Numbered from the stretch's first letter, positions 37,565 through 47,884 are shown. The stretch is DNA of 64,000 nucleotides from an uncultured bacterium (GCA_963727525.1 CAVSGO010000007.1:576001-640000), one strand, 5' to 3'. Numbers and translations are program-made. Notes: generated from the letters alone by a model not told the origin.

Positions 37565-38501
37565 ACGTGGCAGGTCCGGGTGGGTCGTCGCCCTCGTGCT
37601 GCTCGGGCTGGCGGGCGCCGTCCGCGCCGACGATGCGCCGGCATTCCACGGCGAACGCGCCCTCGGCTGGGTGCATGCCCAGTGCGACCTGGGGCCGCGT
37701 CCGCCCGGCTCAGCGGCCCTCGAATCGCTGCGCCAGATGATCATCGCTCATGCCGACAGCCTGGGTCTGTCCGCGGTGCGGCTGGAATTCACGACCACCG
37801 ATCCCTGGCGCGGCGGCGAGATCGCCGTGTGCAACATCATCGTGAGCGCCGGGCCGACCGGCGGCCCGCACCTCTGGCTGGGGGCGCACTATGACACCCG
37901 GCCGGCCGCCGATCGCGATGCCGATCCGCAGCGGCGCGACGAGCCTATCCTGGGCGCGAACGACGGCGGCAGTGGCACCGGCATCCTCCTGCACCTCATG
38001 GATCTGCTCGCGGCCCGGCCGCCGGCGCGGGGGGTGGACCTGATCTTCCTCGACGCCGAGGACTCCGGTCCGGCCGGCGATCCGCAGGCGTTCTGCCTGG
38101 GCAGCCAGCACCTGGCGGCTCACTGGCGCGACTTCGGCAATCCCCTGGCCACGGGCGACCCGGTCGGGCTCGTCGTGCTCGACATGTGCGGCCGCACGGG
38201 TGCGAGGTTGCTGCAGGAGGGTTACAGCCGCCAGTCGGCGCCCGACCTGGTGGACGCGGTCTATGGCCGGGCGGCGGATCTCGGGCTCACGACCACGCTG
38301 CCCCTGGCGCCGGGCCCCGCCGTGTTCGACGACCACGTCCCGTTCCTTCTGGCCGGGATCCCGGCGGTGGACCTGATCGAGTTCCCCTTTCCCGAGTGGC
38401 ACACCACGGGCGACGTCCCGGCCATCTGCGGAGCGGCCACCCTGGGCGCGGTGGGGACCCTCGTCGCCAGCCTCTGCTACGTGCCGGCCCCGGGATTCTG
38501 A
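37554..38501 (+). CDS. M28-family zinc protein, glutaminyl-cyclase-like, secreted
   Basis: Signal peptide; GAHYDTRP, GANDGGSG, FLDAED, LDM, DDHVPF and WHT..D; TTG start with GGAGG lies inside the end of sprA (11-bp overlap). Confidence 0.8.
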   Translation: MCSRRGRSGWVVALVLLGLAGAVRADDAPAFHGERALGWVHAQCDLGPRPPGSAALESLRQMIIAHADSLGLSAVRLEFTTTDPWRGGEIAVCNIIVSAGPTGGPHLWLGAHYDTRPAADRDADPQRRDEPILGANDGGSGTGILLHLMDLLAARPPARGVDLIFLDAEDSGPAGDPQAFCLGSQHLAAHWRDFGNPLATGDPVGLVVLDMCGRTGARLLQEGYSRQSAPDLVDAVYGRAADLGLTTTLPLAPGPAVFDDHVPFLLAGIPAVDLIEFPFPEWHTTGDVPAICGAATLGAVGTLVASLCYVPAPGF

Positions 38502-38549
38502 GCGCGCCCGCGGCGGGTGCAAGCGTGGAAACCGGCGTCTAGAACGGGC

Positions 38550-38578
38550 TTGCCACGCCGGGGCCGAACGTCTATATT
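38550..38578 (+). promoter_or_regulatory. putative sigma70 promoter of the rimP-nusA-infB operon
   Basis: TTGCCA-N17-TATATT. Confidence 0.65.
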
Positions 38579-38616
38579 CGCTGCGAGAGAGAGACCCCAG
38601 ATCCGGGGGTGTTCCG

Positions 38617-38644
38617 GAAGTGGGCGGAAGTCCACTTCTTTTCG
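38617..38644 (+). promoter_or_regulatory. rimP leader hairpin (attenuator/terminator-like)
   Basis: GAAGTGGGC-ggaa-GTCCACTTC followed by TTTT, in the 5' UTR of rimP. Confidence 0.55.
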
Positions 38645-38730
38645 TGCTTAGGCTTTTCGTTCCGGAAACGTCCGGACACCGGCCCGGGCCGGAACGCCGC
38701 CGGGCGCCTCCGGGTGCGAAGGACGCCGCC

Positions 38731-39426
38731 ATGGCCGAGGAATTCGACCGTTACGCCCTGGCCGATCGTCTGTTCGCCCTGCTGGCCCCCGAACTGGCCG
38801 CCGAGGATATCGACCTCGTGGACGTGCGGGTATTCCGCGGCGGCGGACGCTTGCAGGTGCGGCTGTCCGTGGATCGGGCCGGCGGCGAGCCGATCGATCT
38901 GGCGGGCTGTGCCAGCGCATCGCGTTCGGCGGGTCTGCTCCTCGAGGATGCCGACGTGATCGCCGACGCCTACGTGCTCGAGGTCTCGTCGCCGGGTGTG
39001 CGGCGGCCGTTGCGTACCGACGCCTCCTTCGCTGACGCCGTGGGGCGCGCCGTGGAGCTGCGGGTGCGCGAAGGCGCGGGTCGACCGCGCCGCTTGCGCG
39101 GACGCCTGGATGCCTTTGCGCCCGGTACGCTCACGCTGGCACCGTTGGCGGACGGCGGCGGGAGCGGCAACGAGGCGGCGGGCGACGACGATCCGGACGC
39201 GGATTCCGAACACCCGCCCGAGGCGGACGTGCGCAGTTACGGTCCCGCCCGCGCCATCGCGCGCGCGGCGGTGCTCGAGGCCAATCTGGACGAAGAACTC
39301 GACGTCCAGGCATTGATCAATGCCGACCGCCGCCGTCGCCGTGAAGAACGACGGCAGCAGCGACAGGAACGACAGACGCAGACGCGCGGCCGCGTGCGAA
39401 GTAAGACGCGGCGCGAAGACACCTGA
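38731..39426 (+). CDS. rimP: ribosome maturation factor RimP (with acidic insertion and Arg-rich tail)
   Basis: Y.LEVSSPGVRRPLR motif; first gene before nusA. Confidence 0.88.
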   Translation: MAEEFDRYALADRLFALLAPELAAEDIDLVDVRVFRGGGRLQVRLSVDRAGGEPIDLAGCASASRSAGLLLEDADVIADAYVLEVSSPGVRRPLRTDASFADAVGRAVELRVREGAGRPRRLRGRLDAFAPGTLTLAPLADGGGSGNEAAGDDDPDADSEHPPEADVRSYGPARAIARAAVLEANLDEELDVQALINADRRRRREERRQQRQERQTQTRGRVRSKTRREDT

Positions 39427-39441
39427 TCCCGGGAGTGGAGC

Positions 39442-40989
39442 ATGGACTACAACGTCATCCAGGCGCTGCAGGCCATAACGCGCGAAAAGCATCTCGACCA
39501 GGCGATCATTCTCGAGTCGCTGGTCGCGGGGCTGCAGTCGGCGGCCAAGAAGAAGCTTGGCGCCGAGGCCAACGTCGACGCCAGCGTCGATCCGGACACC
39601 GGAGAGATGGTGATCGAGCAGGTGAAGACGGTCGTCGATGACGTCGACGACGATGATCTCGAGATCAGCCTCGATGAGGCGCAGATCGAGTTCGGCGACG
39701 AGGTCGAGATCGGCGATCAGGTGCGCTGGGAACTGCCGCTGGAGGAATTCGGCCGCAACGCCATCCTCGTGGCGAAGCAGATCCTCGTGCAGAAGGTGCG
39801 CGAGGCCGAGCGCTCCCAGATCTACGATGAATACAAGGACCTCGTGAACACCATTATCGAGGGCCGCGTGCAGCAGATCGATCGCGGCAACGCGCTCGTC
39901 AATCTGGGCCGCGTGGAAGCGCTGCTGCCGTACCGCGAGCAGATCCGGGGCGAGAAGCTGCGCCAGGGCGGTGCCACCCGGGCGTTCATCATCGAGGTGC
40001 TCGACAACGCCAAGGGTCCGCAGGTGATCCTCTCGCGCAGCCATCCGGGTTTCCTGAAGGCGCTGTTCGAGCAGGAGGTGCCGGAGATCCAGGAGCGCAT
40101 CGTCGAGATCAAGGCGGTGGCGCGCGAACCGGGAACGCGCTCGAAGATCGCCGTCGTCAGCAACGACGATCGCGTGGATCCCGTGGGGTCGTGCGTGGGC
40201 ATGAAGGGCAGCCGCGTGCAGGCCGTCACTCGCGAGCTGGCGGGCGAGCGCATCGACATCGTACCCTGGAGCGCCGAACCCAGCCTGCTGATCTCGCGCG
40301 CGCTCAGCCCGGCCGATGTGAGCCAGATCATCCTGAACCACGAGCGCCGCGAGGCCACCGTGGTGGTGTCGGAAGACCAACTCAGCAAGGCCATCGGCAA
40401 GGAAGGCAAGAACGTTCGCCTAGCCGCCAAGCTCACGGAGTGGAAGATCGACCTCGTCAGTGCGCGCGAGTACGGCATCCGTCAGCGCGTCGCCGACGAG
40501 GTGACGATGGAACTGGAAGAGATGAGCGGCGTCACGCCGGAGCTGGCCCGAGCGCTCGAAGGCGTGGGCATCGATACGATCAGGGCTCTCGCGCAGATCG
40601 ACGCCGAGGCGCTGGCCGGTGTCGACGGCATCGGCCAGGAGACAGCCTCGTCCCTGCAGGCCACGGCGCGTTCCACGCTCGATGAGCTGCGCCGTGTCGT
40701 CGAGGAGACGGTGGCGTCGGAGATGGCCAAGGAAGTGGGCAAGGATCTGTTCGACGAGAGCATCATGTCCGACGGCGGCGTCGAGGAGGACGAGATCGAC
40801 GAGACGGCACACATCGCCGCCCAGGAAGCGGCGGCCGCTGCCGCCGCCGCCGATCCGTTCAGCGGGTTCGAGGCGAAGATCGAGGGTTCTGCCGATGAGG
40901 TGGACGAGGCGGAAGACGCCGAAACCGACGCGAACGATGCTGTGAGCGAGGACGCTGAGCCCAAAGACGACACCGGCGATGACGATTGA
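39442..40989 (+). CDS. nusA: transcription termination/antitermination factor NusA
   Basis: FGRNA...AKQ...QKVREAER, S1/KH domains (AREPG.RSKIAV, DPVGSCVG.KG.RV, AIGKEG.NVRLA), HhH repeats and an acidic tail. Confidence 0.97.
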   Translation: MDYNVIQALQAITREKHLDQAIILESLVAGLQSAAKKKLGAEANVDASVDPDTGEMVIEQVKTVVDDVDDDDLEISLDEAQIEFGDEVEIGDQVRWELPLEEFGRNAILVAKQILVQKVREAERSQIYDEYKDLVNTIIEGRVQQIDRGNALVNLGRVEALLPYREQIRGEKLRQGGATRAFIIEVLDNAKGPQVILSRSHPGFLKALFEQEVPEIQERIVEIKAVAREPGTRSKIAVVSNDDRVDPVGSCVGMKGSRVQAVTRELAGERIDIVPWSAEPSLLISRALSPADVSQIILNHERREATVVVSEDQLSKAIGKEGKNVRLAAKLTEWKIDLVSAREYGIRQRVADEVTMELEEMSGVTPELARALEGVGIDTIRALAQIDAEALAGVDGIGQETASSLQATARSTLDELRRVVEETVASEMAKEVGKDLFDESIMSDGGVEEDEIDETAHIAAQEAAAAAAAADPFSGFEAKIEGSADEVDEAEDAETDANDAVSEDAEPKDDTGDDD

Positions 40990-41019
40990 TCGCTGCGCGC
41001 CGGCGAGGAGGCTGGTTTG

Positions 41020-41367
41020 ATGACGACGCCGGCGGCGGCTGCGCAGGAGAGACTGCTGGGGCTGCTGGGCCTGGCCCGCCGGGCCGGCAAGCTGGCCGTG
41101 GGCGCCACGGCGGTCACGCAGCTCGTACGGAGCGGTGCGCGACCGGTGGTGGTGATCGCCGGCGGCGTCGGCGCCTCGCAGCATCGCAAACTCACGGCTC
41201 TGCGGCCGGTGCGCGGAGTCGTGGACGGATTGGTCGATCGTGACGAGATGGCCCATCGCCTCGGGCGCAACGACCTGGTGGTCGTCGCCGTGGCCGATCG
41301 CGGATTCGTCGCGGGACTGATGGAGCTGGGACTTGTCCGTGAGGGGTCGCCCGCGCCGGATGCGTGA
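41020..41367 (+). CDS. L7Ae/YlxQ family RNA-binding protein
   Basis: LLGLARRAGKLAVG...LG...VVAV.D.GF; lies between nusA and infB. Confidence 0.75.
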   Translation: MTTPAAAAQERLLGLLGLARRAGKLAVGATAVTQLVRSGARPVVVIAGGVGASQHRKLTALRPVRGVVDGLVDRDEMAHRLGRNDLVVVAVADRGFVAGLMELGLVREGSPAPDA

Positions 41368-41402
41368 CCGGCGTGCCTCACCACGGGTGGGAGGTTAGAG
41401 TA

Positions 41403-44261
41403 TTGTCGAGGAAGCTCAGGGTATACGAACTGGCGCGGCACTATGGCGTCGACAGCAAGCAGATCATGTTGCTGCTGCGCAAGATGAAGGTGGAAGCCAA
41501 GAGCCACATGAGCGTGGTCGAGGACGAGCATGTGGACAAGATCCACGCCGTCTTCCAGCGCAAGCGTGAGCTGGCCCGCCAGAATTACGCGCGGGCACAC
41601 AAGATCGACCCGGAGAAGCTCAAGGCCGTGGCGAGTCTGCGTCCGCTGCCCAGGCCCGTGCCTTCCGATGAGTCCGAGACCGCGCCCGAGCCGACCAAGA
41701 AGAAGACGGCGCGCAAGAAGAAGAAGGCGCCGGCGAAGCCGAAGGTCGTGGTCATCAAGCGGACCGGTACGCAGACGGCCGTGGCCAAGGCCGCAGCGGC
41801 GAAGCGCGAGTCCGAGGAGAAGGAGAAGGTTGAGGCCGAGACGAAGGCCAGGGCCGAGCAGGAGCATATCGACGCCGAGCGCGCCGCCCTGCGTGAGGAG
41901 CACAAAGCTGCCCGCCAGTCGCCCAAGCCCAAGCTGGTGAAGAAGGCGCAGATCGAGACGGAGGAGCCCGAGGCCCCGCCTGCGGCCACAGTCGAGGAAT
42001 TGCCGTCGGACGAGACGTCGCGGGAGGCGCCGGCGGCCGCGACCGTGGATGCCCCGGCCGAGGCCTCGGGCCCCGCGGCGGACGCGCAGGAACCGGCGGC
42101 CGAGGCGCCCGGCGAGCCTACGGAATCGGACGGGACGGAGGAGTCCGACGACGACGGCCACCGTCGACCGGTGGTCAAGAACGACGGATACAAGGTCGGC
42201 GACATCGTGCAGGCGGCGCCCGTGGTGCAGGAGGTTGCCGCGAGCGCGGAGGCTGCCAGCGGCGATCGCGCCGGCGCGAGCAAGATGTCGGTGAAGGAAT
42301 CGATCCAGGCGGCCATCCGCAGGCGGCAGGAGGAACGCGATGCGCGCGAACCGGCCGGTGGCCGGCGCAAGCGTACGCGCACGAAGAAGAAGAAGGTCGA
42401 CGAGGCCGAGGTCGACCGTACGCTGAAGCAGACGATGGCGCAGATCGAAACCTCGGGCGGTAGCCGGCGGCGTCGCCGCAAGGGCGGCGGCGGCGAGGCC
42501 GTGGAGGAAGATAACGTCTTGCGAATCACCGAGTTCATTACCGTGCAGGAGCTTGCCGAGAAGCTCGAGGTTCCCGCGCGTGAAATCATCACCAAGCTCT
42601 TCAGCCTGGGTATCATGACCACCATGAACCAGCGCCTGGACAAGGACCACATCGAGGTGCTGGCCGAGGAATACGATCGCGACATCGAGTTCCTCAGCGA
42701 GTACGGCGAGGAGGTCCTGGAGCAGGAAGAAGTGAAGGCGGAGGATCTGGAGACGCGGCCGCCGGTGGTCACCGTGATGGGCCATGTCGATCACGGCAAG
42801 ACCTCGCTGCTCGACCGCATCCGCCGCACCAACGTCATCGCCGGCGAGGCCGGCGGCATCACGCAGCACATCGGCGCCTATCGCGTGGAGACCGAGGGTG
42901 GGCCGATCACCTTCCTCGACACGCCGGGGCACGCGGCGTTCACCGCCATGCGCGCGCGCGGCGCCGGGATCACCGACATCGTGATCCTGGTGGTTGCGGC
43001 GAACGACGGCGTCATGCCACAGACGGTGGAGGCGATCAACCACGCCAAGGCGGCGGGTGTGCCCCTCATCGTGGCCGTGAACAAGATCGATCTGCCTGAC
43101 GCCAAGTCCGACCGAGTGAAGCAGGAACTGACGCAGCACGGTATCCTCGTCGAGGACTTCGGCGGCGAGGTGCTCTGCGCCGAGATCTCGGCGAAGAAGG
43201 GCCTGAACATCGAGCGGCTCCTCGAGCTCGTGCATCTGCAAGCCGAGGTGCTCGAGCTGAGCGCCAGCCCCAAGGGCAAGGCGCGCGGCACCGTGGTGGA
43301 GGCGCGCAAGGAACCGGGCCGCGGCGTGGTGTTCACCGTGCTCATCGAGCAGGGCACGCTGCAGGTGGGCGACATCTTCCTGGTCGGCACCCGCGATGGT
43401 CGCGTGCGCGCCCTGGTGAACGAGCGCGGCGACAAGCTCGAGAGCGTCCTGCCGGGGCAGCCTGCCGAGGTCATGGGCGCCAACGACGTGCCTGAGGCCG
43501 GCGACCGCTTCTACGTCATGGACACGGAGCGCGAGGCGCGCGAGATCGCGAGCAAGCGTCAGCGCGAACTGCGACTGCAGCAGCTCGCGGCGCCGAAGAA
43601 GAAAATCGACCTCGAGAACCTGGCCGAAATGATCAGCGCTGCCGAACTGAAGGAGCTGCCGATCATCATCAAGGGCGACGTCGCCGGTTCCGTCGAGGCA
43701 CTCGCCGATCAGTTCATGGAGCTGGGCACCGCCGAGGTGCAGGTGCGCGTGCTGCACAAGGCCGTGGGTGCGATCAGCGAGTCGGACGTGCTCCTGGCCG
43801 GGAACACCGGTGCCATGATCGTGGGCTTCCACATGCGTCCGGGCAACGCCATCACGGAGCTGGCCAAGGAACATGGGGTGACGATCGAGGTCTTCGACAT
43901 CATCTACGAGGCAGTGGATACGCTCAAGAAGGCGATGTCGGGCCTGCTGGGCTCGGTCCAGCGCGAGGTCTCCACGGGGCGGGCCCAGGTGCGGCAGGTC
44001 TTCCACATTCCGAAGATCGGCCAGATCGCAGGCTCCATGGTCCTGGACGGCAAGATCATCCGCAACAGCCGCGCCCGTCTGGTGCGTGACGAGATGGTGG
44101 TGTTCGAGGGTAAGATCTCCTCGCTCAAGCGCTTCAAGGAAGACACGAAGGAGGTCGCGCAGGGCTTCGAGTGCGGTATCGGCCTGGAGCGCTTCAACGG
44201 CATCCAGGAAGGCGATATCATCGAAGCCTACGAGATCGAGGAAGTGGCGCGGCATCTGTAG
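41403..44261 (+). CDS. infB: translation initiation factor IF-2
   Basis: RVYELA N-terminus, [24 protein letters not shown] and NKID; TTG start after GGAGG. Confidence 0.97.
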   Translation: MSRKLRVYELARHYGVDSKQIMLLLRKMKVEAKSHMSVVEDEHVDKIHAVFQRKRELARQNYARAHKIDPEKLKAVASLRPLPRPVPSDESETAPEPTKKKTARKKKKAPAKPKVVVIKRTGTQTAVAKAAAAKRESEEKEKVEAETKARAEQEHIDAERAALREEHKAARQSPKPKLVKKAQIETEEPEAPPAATVEELPSDETSREAPAAATVDAPAEASGPAADAQEPAAEAPGEPTESDGTEESDDDGHRRPVVKNDGYKVGDIVQAAPVVQEVAASAEAASGDRAGASKMSVKESIQAAIRRRQEERDAREPAGGRRKRTRTKKKKVDEAEVDRTLKQTMAQIETSGGSRRRRRKGGGGEAVEEDNVLRITEFITVQELAEKLEVPAREIITKLFSLGIMTTMNQRLDKDHIEVLAEEYDRDIEFLSEYGEEVLEQEEVKAEDLETRPPVVTVMGHVDHGKTSLLDRIRRTNVIAGEAGGITQHIGAYRVETEGGPITFLDTPGHAAFTAMRARGAGITDIVILVVAANDGVMPQTVEAINHAKAAGVPLIVAVNKIDLPDAKSDRVKQELTQHGILVEDFGGEVLCAEISAKKGLNIERLLELVHLQAEVLELSASPKGKARGTVVEARKEPGRGVVFTVLIEQGTLQVGDIFLVGTRDGRVRALVNERGDKLESVLPGQPAEVMGANDVPEAGDRFYVMDTEREAREIASKRQRELRLQQLAAPKKKIDLENLAEMISAAELKELPIIIKGDVAGSVEALADQFMELGTAEVQVRVLHKAVGAISESDVLLAGNTGAMIVGFHMRPGNAITELAKEHGVTIEVFDIIYEAVDTLKKAMSGLLGSVQREVSTGRAQVRQVFHIPKIGQIAGSMVLDGKIIRNSRARLVRDEMVVFEGKISSLKRFKEDTKEVAQGFECGIGLERFNGIQEGDIIEAYEIEEVARHL

Positions 44262-44288
44262 CCGCTGCGAAGGAGCGAGAGCGGCGGC

Positions 44289-45671
44289 ATGGATCCGTAC
44301 AAGACCAACCGGCTCAACGCGGCGATCCAGAAGACGCTCGGCGAGCTGATCGAGACCCAGGTGAAGGATCCGCGCGTCGGATTCGTGACCATCGTGGGCG
44401 TGCATCTCAATCGCGACCATTCCGTGGCCCGGGTCTTCTTTTCGGTGCTCGGCGACGACGAGGAGCGCGAGAAGTCGATCACCGGCCTGCACAAGGCCGC
44501 CGGCTTCCTGCAGAGCCAGGTGGGTAAGGCCCTGCGCTTGCGCACCACGCCCGAACTTCGGTTCGAATACGACGGCAGCCTCGACCGCGGCCTCGGTGTG
44601 GAATCGGTGCTGCGCGACCTCTCCGACCAGGGCGAGTTCCTCAGCGAGGACGAGAAGCGCCGCCGCCTCACCCTGGCCGACTTCGTGCCCGACAGCGCGC
44701 TGCTCGCGGCTCTGCGCGGCGCCACACGGGTATGGGTGATTCCGCACTGGAATCCTGATCCCGATGCGGCCGGATGCGCCCTCGCTCTTGTCGAGGCGCT
44801 GCAGATCCTGGGCAAGGAGGCGCTGTCGTTCCGCTTCCCGGATCCGCCGGTGGGTCTGGTGGGGCTGCCCGGCTGGAACGACCTCGTCCCTCACGTCGCG
44901 GCGCCTGAACTGCTCGCGTCGGCGCCGCCCGATCTGGCCGTGCTCGTCGACTGCCATCGTACCGACCGCACGGGGGAGATGCAGGACACCCTCGACCGCC
45001 TGCCGCAGATCCTGTGCATCGACCACCACCTCATCAGTGGCCGCCGAGCGCCCGTACCCGGCTGGATCGATGCACGCGCCGAGGCCAACGCGACACTCGT
45101 GCACCAGGTGGTGGCCGCGTTGCTCGGCGGCGTGGGCGAATCGCTCACCACGAGCATCGCCACGAATCTCTTCGCCGGCCTCACCGCTGACACCGGCGGG
45201 TTCCGCTTCCGCAACACCACGCCCATGACGTTCGACCTCGCGCGCAGCCTCGCCGCGTGCGGCGTCGACGTGGCCGATGTCACGCACCGCGTGTTGCACC
45301 TGCGCCGCCGCGAAGGGCTCGCCCTCCTGCAGCAAGCCCTTGGCACCTGCGAATTCACTGCGAACGGCCGCGTGGTGACGGCGCGGGCATCGCTGGCCAT
45401 GTTCGCCGAGACGAGCGCCTCGCCCTCGGAGACCGAGGGCTTCGTGAACCTGCTCACCGCCGTCGCGGGCGTGCGATACGCCGCCTTCCTCAAGGAGATC
45501 GAGCCCGATCTCTGGCGCGCCTCGATGCGCGCCATGGGTGACGGCGACGTCCAGGCGATCGCCGCGCAGTGGGGCGGTGGCGGTCACCGCGCCGCCGCGG
45601 GTTGCACGATCGAGGGTGACGGCGACAGCGTCGCTGCCGCGGTAGCCGCGGCCCTCAGCGATCTCCTATGA
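44289..45671 (+). CDS. rbfA: RbfA fused to a DHH/DHHA1 phosphoesterase (NrnA-like)
   Basis: N-terminal ~120 aa is RbfA ([25 protein letters not shown]); it continues without a stop into H.NPD.DA.G, VDC, IDHH, DTGGF and GGGGH..AAG. Confidence 0.88.
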   Translation: MDPYKTNRLNAAIQKTLGELIETQVKDPRVGFVTIVGVHLNRDHSVARVFFSVLGDDEEREKSITGLHKAAGFLQSQVGKALRLRTTPELRFEYDGSLDRGLGVESVLRDLSDQGEFLSEDEKRRRLTLADFVPDSALLAALRGATRVWVIPHWNPDPDAAGCALALVEALQILGKEALSFRFPDPPVGLVGLPGWNDLVPHVAAPELLASAPPDLAVLVDCHRTDRTGEMQDTLDRLPQILCIDHHLISGRRAPVPGWIDARAEANATLVHQVVAALLGGVGESLTTSIATNLFAGLTADTGGFRFRNTTPMTFDLARSLAACGVDVADVTHRVLHLRRREGLALLQQALGTCEFTANGRVVTARASLAMFAETSASPSETEGFVNLLTAVAGVRYAAFLKEIEPDLWRASMRAMGDGDVQAIAAQWGGGGHRAAAGCTIEGDGDSVAAAVAAALSDLL

Positions 45672-46669
45672 AGCCCGCCGAGGCCAGCGGGATCTTGCTG
45701 CTGGACAAGCCGGTCGGTCCCACGTCCCACGACGTCGTGTTGAACGTGCGCCGCCGTTTTTCCCGCCGCGTGGCGCGCTCCCGCGATCGCCGCTTCAAGG
45801 TGGGCCACGCCGGCACCCTCGACCCGCGCGCCAGCGGACTGCTCCTCGTGCTCACGGGGCGCGGCACGCGGCTGGCGCCGCTACTCGTGGGGCTGGACAA
45901 GGTGTACCAGGCGGAGGTGCGCTTCGGCGTGGCCACCGACACGCTCGATGCCGACGGTACGATCACGGCCACAGCCGCCGTGCCGTCCGCCGTCGACCTG
46001 ACGGCCGCGCTGGCAGCGTTCACTGGCACCATCATCCAGCGGCCGCCGATCTACTCGTCGATCAAGCGCGGCGGCAAGTCGTTGCACGAGCTGGCGCGCG
46101 CCGGCAAGGACGTCGATGAACCGGACGCCCGCGAGGTGACCATCACCAGCTGCGAAGCGCGCGACATCGCCTGGGGCGTCGCCCCGGATGCCGACGAAGC
46201 GAACGCGCTGCCGCCGGCGCCCGACGGCAAGCTCTATCGCCTCGACCTCACCATCGCTTGCAGCAGTGGTACCTACGTGCGCTCGCTGGCGCGTGACCTC
46301 GGCGCGTATCTTGGCACCGTCGCCCACCTTCACGCACTGCGACGCGTGCAGATCGGACCCTACTGCCTGGCCGACGCCCTCGCGCTCGCGGCGTTCGATG
46401 GCGCCGACGACCCGGCCGCCACGCTGCTGCCGCTGGCCCGGGCGCTGGCGCACGTGCCCGCGGTCACCCTCGACGCAGCCACCGCCGCCACGGTGCGGCG
46501 CAGCGGCCACCTCGAGGATACGGGCCTGGCGCTGGAAACCGTGGCGTCGACGCTACGACTGCTCGATCCCGACGGCGCGCTGGTTGCTGTGGCGCGGCGC
46601 GATTCACCGCTTGCGGCGTCGCTGGTGGCGGTGTTCCCGCTCGATCAGGAGGACCGTGGATGCGCATGA
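45668..46669 (+). CDS. truB: tRNA pseudouridine(55) synthase
   Basis: DKPVGPTSHDVV, KVGHAGTLDP, Q.PPIYS and CSSGTYVRSLARDLG. Confidence 0.95.
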   Translation: MKPAEASGILLLDKPVGPTSHDVVLNVRRRFSRRVARSRDRRFKVGHAGTLDPRASGLLLVLTGRGTRLAPLLVGLDKVYQAEVRFGVATDTLDADGTITATAAVPSAVDLTAALAAFTGTIIQRPPIYSSIKRGGKSLHELARAGKDVDEPDAREVTITSCEARDIAWGVAPDADEANALPPAPDGKLYRLDLTIACSSGTYVRSLARDLGAYLGTVAHLHALRRVQIGPYCLADALALAAFDGADDPAATLLPLARALAHVPAVTLDAATAATVRRSGHLEDTGLALETVASTLRLLDPDGALVAVARRDSPLAASLVAVFPLDQEDRGCA

Positions 46670-47775
46670 TCCGCCTCACGGCGCCGTACCTGCGGCGCAT
46701 CGAGGTCGGCGAGACCCACCTCGCGCCCCAGGATACCGGCCCCTGCGCCCTCGCTCTGGGTTCGTTCGACGGCCTGCACCTCGGCCACCAGGAACTCATC
46801 CGCGGCGTGCGCAATGCCAAGCGCCGGCGCGGTCTGAAATCGAGCGTGCTCTTCACGTTCCTGCGGCATCCGCGGCTCGTGCTCGAGGGCGACGTCGATC
46901 AGCCCTTCCTGCTGACGACCTGGCGCGAGAAACTCTCGCTGCTCGCGCGCGAGGACCTCGACGTCGTCGTGGCGGTGGACTTCTGCCAGGCCGTGGCGCG
47001 TCTCGACTATCGCCGCTTCGTGCGCGAGTTCCTGGTGGGGGGCCTTGGCATGACCCACCTCGTGGCCGGTTACGACGTGCATCTGGGCGCGGACCGCGAG
47101 GGCAACGCCGATACCCTCGACGCCCTCGGCGACGAGCTTGATTACACCCTCGAGGTCGTCAGTCCTACCCGCGTGGACGGCGAGACGGTGAGCAGCTCGG
47201 CCATCCGCGCCAGCCTACGCGATGGCCGCGTGCACGAGGCATCCACCATGCTCGGCCGTCAATACTCGGTGTGGGGCGAGGTCGTGCCGGGTGAAGGCCG
47301 AGGCCGCACGATCGGCTATCCCACGGCCAACGTGCGGCCCCTCGACCAGTACAAGCTCTTGCCCCGGCCCGGCGTGTATGCCGTGCGCGTGCAAGTGCCG
47401 GGCGATGTGGTGCCGGGCGATGTGGTGGCCGGTGACGGCGACGGTTGCCTGGGTATCGTGCGGGAGGCGCTGCCAGAGGTCGACCACCACGGCGACCTGC
47501 TCTCGGCCGGCGCCGGATCGTGGCGCCTGTACGGGGGCATGCTCAACTTCGGTCGCGTGCCTACCTTCCACAGCGGCGGCCTCGTCCAGCCCCGCATCGA
47601 GGCCCACATTTTCGACTTCCATGGCGACCTACGTGGCCGCACCGTGAAGGTGGAGTGGCTCGAACGCCTGCGCGACGAACAGAAATTCGCCGGCGTCGGC
47701 GAATTGACCACACAGCTTCAGCGTGACGCCGTGGCTGCCCGCGCGGCCGTCCACGCAGCATCTCTGTCGGATTGA
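46660..47775 (+). CDS. ribF: bifunctional riboflavin kinase/FAD synthetase
   Basis: GSFDGLHLGHQ, VSSSAIR, GRTIGYPTAN, PTF, EAHIFDF..DL and LRDEQKF. Confidence 0.93.
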   Translation: MRMIRLTAPYLRRIEVGETHLAPQDTGPCALALGSFDGLHLGHQELIRGVRNAKRRRGLKSSVLFTFLRHPRLVLEGDVDQPFLLTTWREKLSLLAREDLDVVVAVDFCQAVARLDYRRFVREFLVGGLGMTHLVAGYDVHLGADREGNADTLDALGDELDYTLEVVSPTRVDGETVSSSAIRASLRDGRVHEASTMLGRQYSVWGEVVPGEGRGRTIGYPTANVRPLDQYKLLPRPGVYAVRVQVPGDVVPGDVVAGDGDGCLGIVREALPEVDHHGDLLSAGAGSWRLYGGMLNFGRVPTFHSGGLVQPRIEAHIFDFHGDLRGRTVKVEWLERLRDEQKFAGVGELTTQLQRDAVAARAAVHAASLSD

Positions 47776-47884
47776 GCGTTTGATGAATTGTCATTGGCGC
47801 CGGCGCCATTCGACCTCATTCGTCAAATCCAGGCTCGTAGAGTTGGTCGGAGTGAGGCCCGCCGGCGCCAGACCGCTTTCCGCC

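Noticed and set aside
40482-45587. 1701-aa minus-strand ORF
   Set aside because: Antisense shadow of nusA-infB-rbfA in high-GC DNA with biased codons; no recognisable motifs.
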